From Cyanobacteria bacterium P01_F01_bin.150 (GTDB lineage Bacteria > Cyanobacteriota > Cyanobacteriia > CAKZMO01): a stretch of DNA of 64,000 nucleotides. Numbering within the stretch: the stretch's first letter is position 1; every line of letters begins with the position of its first letter. The DNA is taken from positions 25,537-89,536 of the forward strand of contig JBCCYL010000018.1 of NCBI GenBank assembly GCA_039189765.1, in the 5' to 3' direction. The translations under genes were made by a program, and so were the position numbers. Below the pieces are notes generated by a model. The model ran no database searches, was not told where the DNA came from, and saw only the letters and a list, made by a program, of their open reading frames with translations. Positions 9,318 to 19,934 of the stretch are shown one piece after another.

Positions 9318-11639
9318 ATGACTATTTTTGATACATCGCATTTAGAGGCTAGTAATGGTATTGATTTAATGCCGCTTAAGCAACCGCCAATTCACTCAAT
9401 TAATAAGATTCAGCCTCATGGAGTGGTGCTTGTTTTAGACCCTAAAAGCTTAGCGGTTTTACAAGTCAGTGATAATACTCGTCGAGCCTTTGAGCTATCG
9501 CCCCAAGAGGTCTTAGGCAAAAGTCTAGAAGAGATTCTTGATCCCTATCAAGTGCAGCAGTTTCAGGAAGGGCTATCCCGTGGTGACTTAGATTTAATTA
9601 ATCCAACAAAAGTGTGGGTTCGACGAAATGGGGACGACTATCAAGTTTATGATGCAGTTTTTCATCACAGCGCTGATGGCTTTTTAATTTTGGAATTAGA
9701 GCCTACATTTACGAATGAAAGTATCCCATTTCTAGGCTTTTATCATTTAGCTAAGGCTTCAATTCGGCAATTAGAATCAACTTCAATTCTTAGCGATTTC
9801 TTTCAAATTATCGTGAAAGAAATTCGGAGTGTGACGGGATTTGACCGAGTCATGCTTTATCGCTTTGATGAGGATGGTCATGGCGATGTGGTAGCGGAAG
9901 ATAAAATTGACGAACTAGAATCCTATTTGGGACTCCACTTTCCAGAGTCGGATATCCCTAAGCCTGCCCGAAAGATGTTTTTGTCGAACTGGATTCGAGT
10001 CATTCCTGATGCTAAGTCTGGTTCGGTGTCACTGTATCCGCCGATCAATCCCGTTACCCAGCAGCCCGTTGACTTAACGTTATCGATTTTAAGGAGTCCC
10101 TATTCCTGCCATACGGAATATCTAGAAAATATGGGGGTGGCGGCATCCCTAACGATTTCTTTGATGAAAGATGAAAAGCTATGGGGATTAATTGCCTGTC
10201 ACCATCGCACCCCTAAACCTGTGCCCTATGAGTTAAGAAAAGCTTGTGAATTTTTGGGTCGGGTGATTTTTTCAGAAATTTCTAATCGTCAAGAAGAGGC
10301 TGATTACGCCTATCGGATGAAGTTGGCGTCGGTACAGTCCAGCCTGCTTGAATTTATCGCTCAAGACGATAATTTTGTGGCGGGATTAACCCAGCATGAA
10401 CCGAATCTTTTGGATCTGGTCAATGCCCAAGGTGCGGCAATTTGTGTCGGTGGACAGTGGACAAGCGTGGGCAAAACTCCTGTGGAAGAGGAGCTGAATT
10501 ATTTAGTCCAGTGGTTGGCAAAATCGGTTGATGATGAGGTATTTTACACCGATTCTTTGCCTCTAATTTATGCCGATGCCGAGCGCTTTAAGCAGGTGGC
10601 AAGTGGCCTACTGGCTATTCCCATTTCCAAGCGGAGTTATGTGCTGTGGTTTAGGCCAGAGGTGATTCAGGCTGTTAATTGGGGTGGTGATCCCAATAAT
10701 GCCTATGAGCTGAAAGACATTGAGGGGAAAGCCAGACTGTGTCCTCGCAAGTCCTTTAGCCTGTGGAAGGAAACGGTCAAGCTGCGATCGCTGCCATGGA
10801 AGTCGGTGGAGATTCGGGCGTCCTTGGAATTACGAAAAGCGATTGTCAATTTAGTGCTACGGCAGGCGGAAGAGCTGGCTCTTTTAGCCCAGGATCTGGA
10901 GCGGTCTAATGCGGAACTCAAAAAGTTTGCCTACGTGGCGTCCCACGATTTACAAGAACCGCTTAACCAAGTTGCTAATTTTGTTCAGCTTCTGGAAATG
11001 CGCTACGACCAGGAATTGGGGACCGATGGCAAAGAATTTATTGGCTTTGCGGTGGAAGGGGTGAGCTTGATGCAAACCCTGATTGACGATGTCTTGGCCT
11101 ACTCCAAAGTAGACTTGCAGGGATTGGAATGGGAACTGACTGGAGTAAGCCAGGCATTGGACCAATCGCTGGCAAATTTACGAGGGCGGATTACCGAGGC
11201 GAATGCGACCATTAGCCATGATGCAATGCCAACGATTGTGGCGGATGGGACCCAGCTTATGCAGCTTTTCCAAAATTTAGTGGGCAATGCCATTAAGTTT
11301 AGGAAGCCAGATGAGCAGCCCCAAATTCATATCAGTGTGACCCACCAAGAAGACGAATGGCTGTTTTCGGTTCGAGACAATGGCATTGGCATCGATCCTC
11401 AGTTTGCCGATCGCATTTTTGTTATTTTCCAGCGCTTGCATACGCGAGATGAGTATCCCGGTTCAGGCATGGGACTGGCAATTTGTAAAAAAATTGTAGA
11501 GTGTCATCGAGGAAAGATCTGGGTTGAGTCAGCGTTGGGGGAAGGAGCTACGTTCTATTTCACTATTCCCGTAGGAGGACGCGATCGCCATCATGCCAGC
11601 GAACGAAAGCGACAGAGTTATCTTGCTGATCGAAGATAA
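9318..11639 (+). CDS. cph1: Cyanobacterial phytochrome (PAS-GAF-PHY-histidine kinase)
   Basis: IQPHG, GFDRVMLYRF, FPESDIP, LRSPYSCH (bilin-binding Cys-His), PRKSF, H-box ASHDLQEPL, G boxes. Confidence 0.95.
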   Translation: MTIFDTSHLEASNGIDLMPLKQPPIHSINKIQPHGVVLVLDPKSLAVLQVSDNTRRAFELSPQEVLGKSLEEILDPYQVQQFQEGLSRGDLDLINPTKVWVRRNGDDYQVYDAVFHHSADGFLILELEPTFTNESIPFLGFYHLAKASIRQLESTSILSDFFQIIVKEIRSVTGFDRVMLYRFDEDGHGDVVAEDKIDELESYLGLHFPESDIPKPARKMFLSNWIRVIPDAKSGSVSLYPPINPVTQQPVDLTLSILRSPYSCHTEYLENMGVAASLTISLMKDEKLWGLIACHHRTPKPVPYELRKACEFLGRVIFSEISNRQEEADYAYRMKLASVQSSLLEFIAQDDNFVAGLTQHEPNLLDLVNAQGAAICVGGQWTSVGKTPVEEELNYLVQWLAKSVDDEVFYTDSLPLIYADAERFKQVASGLLAIPISKRSYVLWFRPEVIQAVNWGGDPNNAYELKDIEGKARLCPRKSFSLWKETVKLRSLPWKSVEIRASLELRKAIVNLVLRQAEELALLAQDLERSNAELKKFAYVASHDLQEPLNQVANFVQLLEMRYDQELGTDGKEFIGFAVEGVSLMQTLIDDVLAYSKVDLQGLEWELTGVSQALDQSLANLRGRITEANATISHDAMPTIVADGTQLMQLFQNLVGNAIKFRKPDEQPQIHISVTHQEDEWLFSVRDNGIGIDPQFADRIFVIFQRLHTRDEYPGSGMGLAICKKIVECHRGKIWVESALGEGATFYFTIPVGGRDRHHASERKRQSYLADRR

Positions 11640-12042
11640 CCGGGGAGATATCCGCCTCATCCAGGAAGCCCTTAAAAGTTCTACTCTCCGATGTGAGGTA
11701 GAAATAGCGAGAGATGGGGTGGAAGCAATGGATTACTTACGGCAACGCGGTGAGTTTGGCGAAGCAAAACGGCCAGATTTGATTTTGCTGGATTTAAACT
11801 TACCGCGCAAAGATGGCCGAGAGGTCTTAGCTGACATTAAATCGGATCCTGACCTGAAATATATCCCGATCATTGTGCTGACGACGTCTCGTAATGAGCA
11901 GGATATTTCCCAGAGCTATGATCTTCACGTCAACTGCTATATCTCTAAGTCTCGCAATTTAGCTGAGCTGTTTAAAATCGTTCGAGGAATTGAAGAATTT
12001 TGGTTACAGACCGTCACGTTGCCACCCCTACCCTCCTCATAA
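11593..12042 (+). CDS. rcp1: Phytochrome-cognate response regulator
   Basis: LLIEDN, DLILLDLNLPRKDGREVL, LTTS, FWLQTVTLP; overlaps the end of cph1. Confidence 0.92.
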   Translation: MPANESDRVILLIEDNRGDIRLIQEALKSSTLRCEVEIARDGVEAMDYLRQRGEFGEAKRPDLILLDLNLPRKDGREVLADIKSDPDLKYIPIIVLTTSRNEQDISQSYDLHVNCYISKSRNLAELFKIVRGIEEFWLQTVTLPPLPSS

Positions 12043-12047
12043 AACCC

Positions 12048-14051
12048 ATGATTGAGGTCTTACTCGTGGAGGACAACAGGGCGGAAGCTCGGTTGTTGCA
12101 AGAACTCCTAAAAGGATCGCCTCGTAATCGGTTTCACCTCGTACATGTACTCCGATTAGGAGATGCGATCGCCCGTCTAAGTGAGCATTCATTTGACGTT
12201 ATTCTACTGGACTTAACTCTCCCCGATAGTGTGGGCCTTCAGTCTTTGCAAACGCTGCTTGACCATGTGCAGAGCTTGCCAATTGTGGTGTTAACCAATA
12301 CGAATGACGATGAGCTGGCGATTGATGCAGTTCGTCAAGGTGCCCAAGATTATCTGATCAAACGGCAGGTCAATCAGGATATGTTGGTGCGATCGCTACG
12401 ATACGCTATTGAACGCAAGCAAGCAGCAGAAGCCTTGCGGGAAGCAAATGAAATTTTGGAGCAGCGAGTAGCAGAACGCACGACTGAATTGGCTACGGCC
12501 AATGCTTTATTGCGCAGTGAGATTCAAGAACGGCAGCGTACTCAAGAACGATTAACGCTAGCTCAAACGGTTAGCAAAATTGGCACGTTTGAATGGCATA
12601 TTCCGGCCCACGTAATAACCTGGAGTCCAGAATTAGAAAGTCTTTATGGTCGCTTGCCAGGCGAGCTACGGGGGCAATTCGATCTCTGGCTTCGGACTCT
12701 GCATGAAGACGATCGTGATCGAGTGGAACAGGAATTTACCCAAGCGGTTAATGGGGGGGAAGAATTTTCCACAGAGTTCCGGATTGTTACCCCGTTACAC
12801 AGCATTCGTTGGATTTCAGTTAAAAGCCACATCTTTGTAGACAAAAATGGGGCCCCCCTGAGGATGATTGGTATTCATATGGATATTACTGATAAAAAGG
12901 ACCTAGAGGCTCAGTTTTTACGAGCCCAGCGCTTAGAAAGTCTAGGAACATTGGCCAGCGGTATTGCCCATGATTTGAATAATATTTTGACCCCGATTTT
13001 AGGCGTTGTCCAGCTTTTACCGCTTCAGTTATCGAATTTGAGCGATCGCAACCAACTCCTACTCGATACCCTAAATCGTAGTGCTCGACGGGGTGCAGCA
13101 TTAGTGAAACAAATTCTCTCGTTTACCCGTGGCGTGGAAGGGAAACGAACGACGTTACAGGTCAACTATATTTTGAGAGAGGTCGAAACGTTAATCCAGC
13201 AAACCATACCTAAATCGATTCAAATTCACACCCATATTTCGACTAAGGTATGGCCCGTTTTGGGAGATGCAACCCAGCTCCATCAAGTATTTATGAATCT
13301 CTGTGTCAACGCACGGGACGCGATGGCAGATGGAGGCACATTAACGATTTCTGTCGAGAACTGCACTTTGGACTCAAGCAAAGCTAAGCAATATCTAGAT
13401 GCGATTGCTGAAGCCTCATACGTTATGGTGACTGTGCAAGATACGGGCAGCGGCATGCCCCCAGATATCGTCGATCGTATTTTTGATCCTTTTTTCACCA
13501 CTAAACCCATTGGCAAAGGCACTGGACTAGGGCTATCGGCGGTATTGGGTATTATTAAAAGCCATGGGGGGTTTGTTGATGTTCAAAGCGAAGTGGGCGA
13601 AGGAAGCTGCTTTACGATATTTCTGCCAGCTCAGCATACACAAGTAGCCAAGGACAACTCTCCTCAACCCCTGTCTTCTGGTCATCAAGAGCTTATTTTA
13701 GTGGTGGATGATGAGGCTGCAATTTTGGATATCGCTAAAATGATGCTCGAAACCTATAACTATCGGGTGATAACTGCCCAATGTGGCACCGAGGCGATCG
13801 CCCTATTTCACCAGCATAGAGATGAGCTTGACTATGTGTTGATAGATATGATGATGCCGGAACCAAGTGGGGTCTCCTTAATGCCATTGATAGGGCAATT
13901 GCGCCCTGACCTATTGTGTATTGCTATGAGCGGTTTAGAGTCGAAGAATACCATAGAAACAACTAAGCAATTAGGGTTTCAAGGTTTTTTGGCTAAGCCT
14001 TTTACAACCCAAGACTTATTATTAATGATGCAATGTCCTCGCCAGGTTTAG
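12048..14051 (+). CDS. Hybrid histidine kinase (REC-PAS-HK-REC)
   Basis: N-terminal REC (VEDN, LLDL), PAS, H-box GIAHDLNN, FFTTKPIGKGTGLGL, C-terminal REC. Confidence 0.93.
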   Translation: MIEVLLVEDNRAEARLLQELLKGSPRNRFHLVHVLRLGDAIARLSEHSFDVILLDLTLPDSVGLQSLQTLLDHVQSLPIVVLTNTNDDELAIDAVRQGAQDYLIKRQVNQDMLVRSLRYAIERKQAAEALREANEILEQRVAERTTELATANALLRSEIQERQRTQERLTLAQTVSKIGTFEWHIPAHVITWSPELESLYGRLPGELRGQFDLWLRTLHEDDRDRVEQEFTQAVNGGEEFSTEFRIVTPLHSIRWISVKSHIFVDKNGAPLRMIGIHMDITDKKDLEAQFLRAQRLESLGTLASGIAHDLNNILTPILGVVQLLPLQLSNLSDRNQLLLDTLNRSARRGAALVKQILSFTRGVEGKRTTLQVNYILREVETLIQQTIPKSIQIHTHISTKVWPVLGDATQLHQVFMNLCVNARDAMADGGTLTISVENCTLDSSKAKQYLDAIAEASYVMVTVQDTGSGMPPDIVDRIFDPFFTTKPIGKGTGLGLSAVLGIIKSHGGFVDVQSEVGEGSCFTIFLPAQHTQVAKDNSPQPLSSGHQELILVVDDEAAILDIAKMMLETYNYRVITAQCGTEAIALFHQHRDELDYVLIDMMMPEPSGVSLMPLIGQLRPDLLCIAMSGLESKNTIETTKQLGFQGFLAKPFTTQDLLLMMQCPRQV

Positions 14052-14344
14052 ATAGGACAACGGTGTGCAAACGTGTTAAGTCCACCTGGATTTCTTGTTT
14101 TGTTGGAGAGTGCTTCACCCCCCAACAAAACTGTCCTTAACGCGGTTGAATATCGCTATAGACGAGTAAATAAGCCTATTAAGAGAGTAATGCCCTACAG
14201 CCATTTAGCCATAGGACATTACGTTTATAAGCCAGTCATTTATATTGAGTGACCAGCAGCTTTTATAGCCTAAAATTAGTAGCCGGATATTGTGACTAAT
14301 GAGTGACAGCAATATTGGAATATTTGATTATTAACAAAAGAGTG

Positions 14345-14530
14345 TTAACAATGTGCAAGGCTTTTATTTCCTATTATTGATATCTCCTGCGACCGACGTA
14401 GAAAATTATGAAAATCTTCTACGTCAAATAATCCAGGCATTTCCTGATGACATTTGGGACAATACCAGTAAGCGGTATTATTGCGAATATGGTGAAGTAA
14501 CGTATTGTGACAACAAAGACAATAATTCAT
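14345..14530 (-). CDS. Small Cys-rich (Zn-ribbon-like) protein
   Basis: MNYCLCC...YWYCPKCHQEMP; GGAGG RBS upstream on the minus strand. Confidence 0.7.
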   Translation of the reverse strand: MNYCLCCHNTLLHHIRNNTAYWYCPKCHQEMPGLFDVEDFHNFLRRSQEISIIGNKSLAHC

Positions 14531-14601
14531 AACTTCCTCCCTCCTTCTTTAATACAATTAATATCAGGGAAACTTGAGGATCTTATGAGGATACTGAACT
14601 G

Positions 14602-14682
14602 GGCTTGAATTTTAAGGTGTGAAACAGGGGCGCTCCGCGCCCCTGTTTCACATTAGATCTTTCCCTGCTTAAGTTTTAAGCC
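14602..14682. mobile_element. About 81-bp MITE-like element with GGCTT...AAGCC ends and an internal GGGCG-CTCCG-CGCCC hairpin
   Basis: Same layout as 31468-31548; 15-bp stem at 14618-14652. Confidence 0.65.
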
Positions 14683-14836
14683 CTGCGAGGATGCGATCGC
14701 TCTTACCCTCCTAAGAAACACGACGTGTTTCTTGCATGTTGAACGAGTTGTGTCGGCGAAATCGACACAACTCGTTAGAGGCTGGGATGAGTCAATAGTT
14801 TAAGCGATCGCCAGGTTTGACAAATCTGGCCTAGCC

Positions 14837-15403
14837 TTAGGCTATACAAGCAACCTTCTCGGTTTCGGGGACAATAGCAGGCATTGTAGGACGCCCCCAC
14901 TTAGGTTGTTGATAGGTTTTGAAAAATTTGGCAATGGTTTGAAGGGCGCGATCGCCCCCCTGTTTGGCCGTATCTGACAGGGCACAGCCCAAATCAAACC
15001 GCGCTGCCGCCACCTGCAATAACCAGGCACAGGGATAGCTCCCATACTGGGCATGGGTCAATTTCAATAGAGTACAGGGATCACAATGATGGGATTTCCC
15101 CGAAAAGGATATGGGCTGTGGACAAATCACCAGCGGATCAATTTGCACCGTTTGAGCACAGCTACGACTGCACGCATCGACAAAAATCACGTGGTTCGTT
15201 TTTGCCATCTCCGCTGTCAATTCAGGGGATAATTGGGGAACCGCCAGAGTCTTTACCGACGGTAAATTCCAATCAGCCACCGCCTTTGCAACCCACGGGC
15301 CAACCCCATTGTCACCTCGACGTTCATTGCCGTAACCAATTACAAGAAAATGGGATATAGTCTCAGGCTCTGCTTGCACCTTGGGAGCAGTGGCAACCAT
15401 CAT
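14837..15403 (-). CDS. hoxW: Hydrogenase maturation protease, HoxW-like
   Basis: LVIGYGNERRGDNGVG, PQLSPEL, VIFVDA, SHHCDP..LL. Confidence 0.75.
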   Translation of the reverse strand: MMVATAPKVQAEPETISHFLVIGYGNERRGDNGVGPWVAKAVADWNLPSVKTLAVPQLSPELTAEMAKTNHVIFVDACSRSCAQTVQIDPLVICPQPISFSGKSHHCDPCTLLKLTHAQYGSYPCAWLLQVAAARFDLGCALSDTAKQGGDRALQTIAKFFKTYQQPKWGRPTMPAIVPETEKVACIA

Positions 15404-16385
15404 TCTGTCTCCTGTTTAAATAAATAATTTTGAGAATGAACTGTTATTGAAAATATATTCGTAGTGAATATTTTTAAGATAGAAGAACAGTTCACTTTCT
15501 TTCATCATAGGGAAGAAAGTTGAGGATTTCATGAGGAATAAATCACTGATATCTAGTTCGTTTCCCCCAGACACTAACTGCCATCCTCGTAAACCTTCAC
15601 TTGAACATAGCTGAACCAATGAGGGGATTTTATTCCCCGGTAGATCATAGCCTAATTAATGGGAATTGGCAGTGAAATAACACAATTAAATTTGCTGTAG
15701 TGAACCTCCTTATAAACGCGATCGCAATCTTTTAATTAGCTTGGAGCTTTCTACAGTGCTGTTTCTAGATAGGGTATCAGCCAGAAGATGAGCAGTTTAA
15801 GTGCTTTGAGTTCACACTATCTTTAACTTTTAAAACAAATCCCGTTTTAACAGGAATTAAAACTTAATAAGATACTGCAACACTCCACGCCCTAATGTCT
15901 CGACTTGAGCAATAAGTCTTCAAGGTAAAATATAAAGAGAATATGAGGATTGCATTTTCTGAATTTATTAAATTAGACAACTAAAACTTAATAAAATTCA
16001 AGTTATCTACAGCAATTATAGGTATCAATAAATCATTCATATTCTCTTAAATTATGTTAGTAAAGGCTTCAAACTTCCATACAGTCATCATAATCATCTT
16101 TACTGGCCTAAAGTTAAAACGCTTAGGATTTATTATTGCCCACTTTCTCTTTTGAGAACTAATTTTTATTCCTCAAAAATACAGCCACCATTGCCTTGAC
16201 GTGCACACAGCGATCAGGGGTACGAAATTCCGTGCTTCATCCTCTTAGCATATATATTTATTTCTTAATAATAAAGGGGCTGAGTTTATCTTTCTTTATA
16301 AAAGTCGAGTTATTCGCATCATTGCAGCTCCAGGATTGGCGGATTGCCTGGAATCCATGAGAATCATACGGGAATTGGCTCATTC

Positions 16386-16760
16386 CTACCAGGATAGAAA
16401 ACCTGAGATTTGGCTAGCCAAAGTAGTGGGATCAAAGGGTTTGGAGATAACGCCTTTAGCGCCTGCCGTATAAAATTCCTTACGACTGCTGGCTTGGGCT
16501 TTGGCCGTCAGAAAAATAACGGGAATATCTTTAGTCGCTGGTATGGTCTGTAGCAGTTCCAGGGTAGCGAGGCCATCTCGCCCAGGCATCATGGCGTCAA
16601 GCAAAACTGCATCGGGTTGCTCATTTATGGCAACCTCAACCCCTTCATCCCCTGACGAAGCAGTGAGCATCTCCCAAGCAGCTTCCATCATCAACCCCAG
16701 CTCAACAATGGTGTGGATGTCGGGTTCGTCGTCGATTAATAGAATGCGCTTATTAGCCAT
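16386..16760 (-). CDS. Single-domain response regulator (RcaF-like)
   Basis: LLIDDE, VLLDAMMP, FLTAK, ISKPF. Confidence 0.92.
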   Translation of the reverse strand: MANKRILLIDDEPDIHTIVELGLMMEAAWEMLTASSGDEGVEVAINEQPDAVLLDAMMPGRDGLATLELLQTIPATKDIPVIFLTAKAQASSRKEFYTAGAKGVISKPFDPTTLASQISGFLSW

Positions 16761-16797
16761 AAAGAGAAGGAGTGCTAGATTTTCGATTTTGGAACGG

Positions 16798-16856
16798 TGA
16801 CTGAGCTTGCCGAAGTCTCTGGATTTTGGAACAATAACTGAGCTCGTTGAAGTCTG
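16798..16856. repeat. Two degenerate CTGAGCTTGCCGAAGTC-type palindromic repeats interleaved with GATTTTG heptamers
   Basis: ACTGAGCTTGCCGAAGTC and ACTGAGCTCGTTGAAGTC. Confidence 0.5.
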
Positions 16857-17038
16857 AATTTTGGGTTTCGGCTTGATCGCGCCTCAAACCTTTGGCTTGA
16901 ACTCTGGTCGAAAGCTGTGCTCAAGCCAAACGACTTAGTCAAACGATTTTAGACTTTGAACGTTGTCTTTTTTCTGGAAAGAAGAAATTACGTTGGGAAC
17001 CAGAAAGAAACAGCTCCCTTTAAAATTGTAAGCTATCG

Positions 17039-19852
17039 TTACCGCCTGTGGGGAATGGAGAAAAAGAAGGTACTGCCTTTGCCCATGGTACTTTCGACCC
17101 AAATCTTGCCATTGTGCTGCTGTATAATTTGCTGACAGATGGTGAGACCCAAGCCCGTCCCGCCCCGTTGGCGAGAGTCAGACGCATCGACCTGTTGAAA
17201 CCGCTCAAAAATAGTATCAACCTTGCTTGCAGGAATTCCTCGTCCTTGATCTTGCACCAAGATAACTGTTACATCTGCCTGGATTTTGGCCCTTAGCCAA
17301 ACGGTGTCACCAGGGTTGGAAAACTTGATGGCATTGTTGAGTAAGTTAGTGAGAACTTGAGTTAAATGATCGGAGTCGGCCCAAATGCTGGTTTCCAACG
17401 GTGTCACTGATAGCTGGACATCGTATTCCCTCGCCATCGACTGCATGGATTGAATCGATTGAGTCATCAGAGACGATAACTTACAGCTCTGTAGGTTCAT
17501 AGTGATGCGGCCCGATTGAATCCGCTCTAGGTCCAGCACATCATTAATCAGGCGGGTAAGTCGTTCGGTATTTCTCAGGGCAATGTCCACAATGTTCTGC
17601 CCTTGGGGCGCTAAGGCCCCCAAACGTTTGGTTGCCAGTAGTTTTAGAGACCCATGGATAGAGGTCAACGGGGTTCGCAGTTCATGACCAACAACGGACA
17701 CAAACTCATCCTTAAGGCGTTCGGTGGCTTTGCGATCGCTAATATCGTTAATCAAGCTAAAAAAGCCGTTGACGATCCCATCTCCTTTTACATCAGGAAT
17801 ATAGGTGATATCTAAATCACGAGTTTTGCCATCGGGAGTCAAACGCGACGTTTCATAGCGCACCTGTTCTCCTGCTAAGGCTGTTTTGATATGTGATTCT
17901 GCTTGGTTATAGGCTTCGTTACCAATCACCTCACGAATCGACTGACCGCATAATTCAGCGATAGGGCGTTGAAACCAATCCGCATAGGTCTGATTGAGAA
18001 ATTTATAGCGCTGGTGAATGTCCACATAACAAATCAACGCAGGCAGGGCATCGGTGGTCAAGCGTAACTGTTCCTCACTCCGCCGCAGGGCATCTTCAGC
18101 CTGCTGACGTGCGGTAATGTCCTTCAGCATTACCGTAAACAGATAGCCTTCATGGGTTAACTGTTTAGAAATGGAGGCTTCTGCCGGAAATTCATCCCCA
18201 TTTTTGCGTCGTCCCCAAATATTACGGTTACGTTCTGCCATTGGTCGAGAAGTGTCCATAGACATGGCAAAAGTTTGCACATATTGTCGATGCCGCTGAC
18301 AAAAAATTTGGGGTAAAAGCACGTCAAGGGACTGTCCCACCACCTCATCGGCAGTATAACCAAAAATCATTTCAGCACCTTGGTTGTAAAGCACAATTTG
18401 CTGATTTTGATCGATGGAAATAATCGCTTCATCTGCATTATCGAGGATACCGCTCAAACGCTGTTGGTTTTCCCTTAGCTCAAGTTCCGTATTCACTCGT
18501 TCTTCAATTTCCCGTTCCAGTTGGAGATTGGTTTGGCGCAGTTGGGCTGTACGCTGATCGACTTGCTGTTCCAGCTTGCTTAAGAGCTGAGACTGGGCAA
18601 TGGCAATGCCAAGCTGGTTAGAAATTTGTTGGACCAAGTCAATTTCAAATGCTTCCCATTGGCGGGGGGTATCGCACTGCACAATAATAATTAGTCCCCA
18701 CAGGTCTTCCCCAAGATGAATGGCTACCTCAACGCAGGATTTTACATTGTACTCATGTAGCCATTGACACGTGTGGAGCGAGCAGGGCGGCATATCTGGG
18801 ACGTCAAACACACAGGTATGGGGTGGGTCTTTGCTGGCATTGTTTATTAGCTTTAGATCCGTCACGGCCTCATTCAGCAATAATAAACCTGAATGTGAAT
18901 GATCCATCGCTTCTTGAATCACCCGTCCGGTTGTATTCGATTCAAGCTGAATGATGAGAACACGATCGCACTCCAATAATTCCCGGACCCCTGCGACAGC
19001 AGTCTCCAGAATTTTATTTAACTCTAGGGAATCTCGAATATTGCGGGTCACTTCTGTCAGTAGCTGCTGCTGTTGATACTGTCGGGCGAGGATCTGCTCT
19101 TCAGTCCGGAGTTCTTCATCGATTTGAACGATTTGGGCCGCTTGCAGCCCCATGCGCTCTTCTAGATACCGATTCGCTTGCAGCAAGGTGCTCTCTAACC
19201 GTTCTTGTTCTACCAAGCTGGCCTGGAGTTTTTGATTAGAGTCTTGAAGCTGTTGATTGACCTCACTTAGCTTTTCAGTTTGGGCTTGGTTTAGGTGCTG
19301 AAGCCGTTCTACTTCTTTGAGCATTATTACTGGATCAATGAGGGCTAACAAAGCTGCTTGGGTAATGATTCCGGCTAGCCGTCGGTTTTGGTCAAGAATC
19401 GGAAGCTGATGCACCTGATGGGTCTTTAATGCCGATAGAACTGAAGAGAGGCTGTGGACTTCAGCATATTGCAGAGTCCGCACTGGCTGACTCATCACTT
19501 GAGCGATCGCCACGTCTTCCAACGGTACGCCATCTGCGACCAGGCAAACCAAATCCCGTTTCGTAAAAATGCCAAGAAGTTGCTCTTCTTTCATCACCAA
19601 AGCACAATCTCTCTGGAGCTGGGGACGTTGCTGCAATGATGCTGATTGCGGAGATAATTCCTGCTGTAGCGATCCGTCCCCAGGAAGTTGCTTGCCTGCT
19701 GTATGGGGACGTTGATAATCCTGAGCTGAAACTGGTTCCATCAAGGCAACAACTTCAGCAATCGTCATATCAGGCGACACCGTTAGGGGATGACGGTCTA
19801 AGAGCTGATCAATCGTGAGACATTGAAGGATGCTTGGGTTGATTAGGGTCAT
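17039..19852 (-). CDS. CBS-GAF-PAS-PAS sensor histidine kinase
   Basis: CBS pair (GIFTKRDLV), GAF (LECDRVLI..LWGLII), two PAS domains, H-box VGHELRTPL, GGTGLGL. Confidence 0.92.
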   Translation of the reverse strand: MTLINPSILQCLTIDQLLDRHPLTVSPDMTIAEVVALMEPVSAQDYQRPHTAGKQLPGDGSLQQELSPQSASLQQRPQLQRDCALVMKEEQLLGIFTKRDLVCLVADGVPLEDVAIAQVMSQPVRTLQYAEVHSLSSVLSALKTHQVHQLPILDQNRRLAGIITQAALLALIDPVIMLKEVERLQHLNQAQTEKLSEVNQQLQDSNQKLQASLVEQERLESTLLQANRYLEERMGLQAAQIVQIDEELRTEEQILARQYQQQQLLTEVTRNIRDSLELNKILETAVAGVRELLECDRVLIIQLESNTTGRVIQEAMDHSHSGLLLLNEAVTDLKLINNASKDPPHTCVFDVPDMPPCSLHTCQWLHEYNVKSCVEVAIHLGEDLWGLIIIVQCDTPRQWEAFEIDLVQQISNQLGIAIAQSQLLSKLEQQVDQRTAQLRQTNLQLEREIEERVNTELELRENQQRLSGILDNADEAIISIDQNQQIVLYNQGAEMIFGYTADEVVGQSLDVLLPQIFCQRHRQYVQTFAMSMDTSRPMAERNRNIWGRRKNGDEFPAEASISKQLTHEGYLFTVMLKDITARQQAEDALRRSEEQLRLTTDALPALICYVDIHQRYKFLNQTYADWFQRPIAELCGQSIREVIGNEAYNQAESHIKTALAGEQVRYETSRLTPDGKTRDLDITYIPDVKGDGIVNGFFSLINDISDRKATERLKDEFVSVVGHELRTPLTSIHGSLKLLATKRLGALAPQGQNIVDIALRNTERLTRLINDVLDLERIQSGRITMNLQSCKLSSLMTQSIQSMQSMAREYDVQLSVTPLETSIWADSDHLTQVLTNLLNNAIKFSNPGDTVWLRAKIQADVTVILVQDQGRGIPASKVDTIFERFQQVDASDSRQRGGTGLGLTICQQIIQQHNGKIWVESTMGKGSTFFFSIPHRR

Positions 19853-19934
19853 ACATCAAGGAGTATCACAAGTACTGCGCTGGCTTCAGGATAAGCTGCG
19901 ATTGCAACTATTAAGGGTGAATTGTGATCAATTT

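Noticed and set aside
15416..16385. Hidden gene or ncRNA in the AT-rich intergenic region
   Set aside because: No convincing ORF, RBS or recognisable RNA structure
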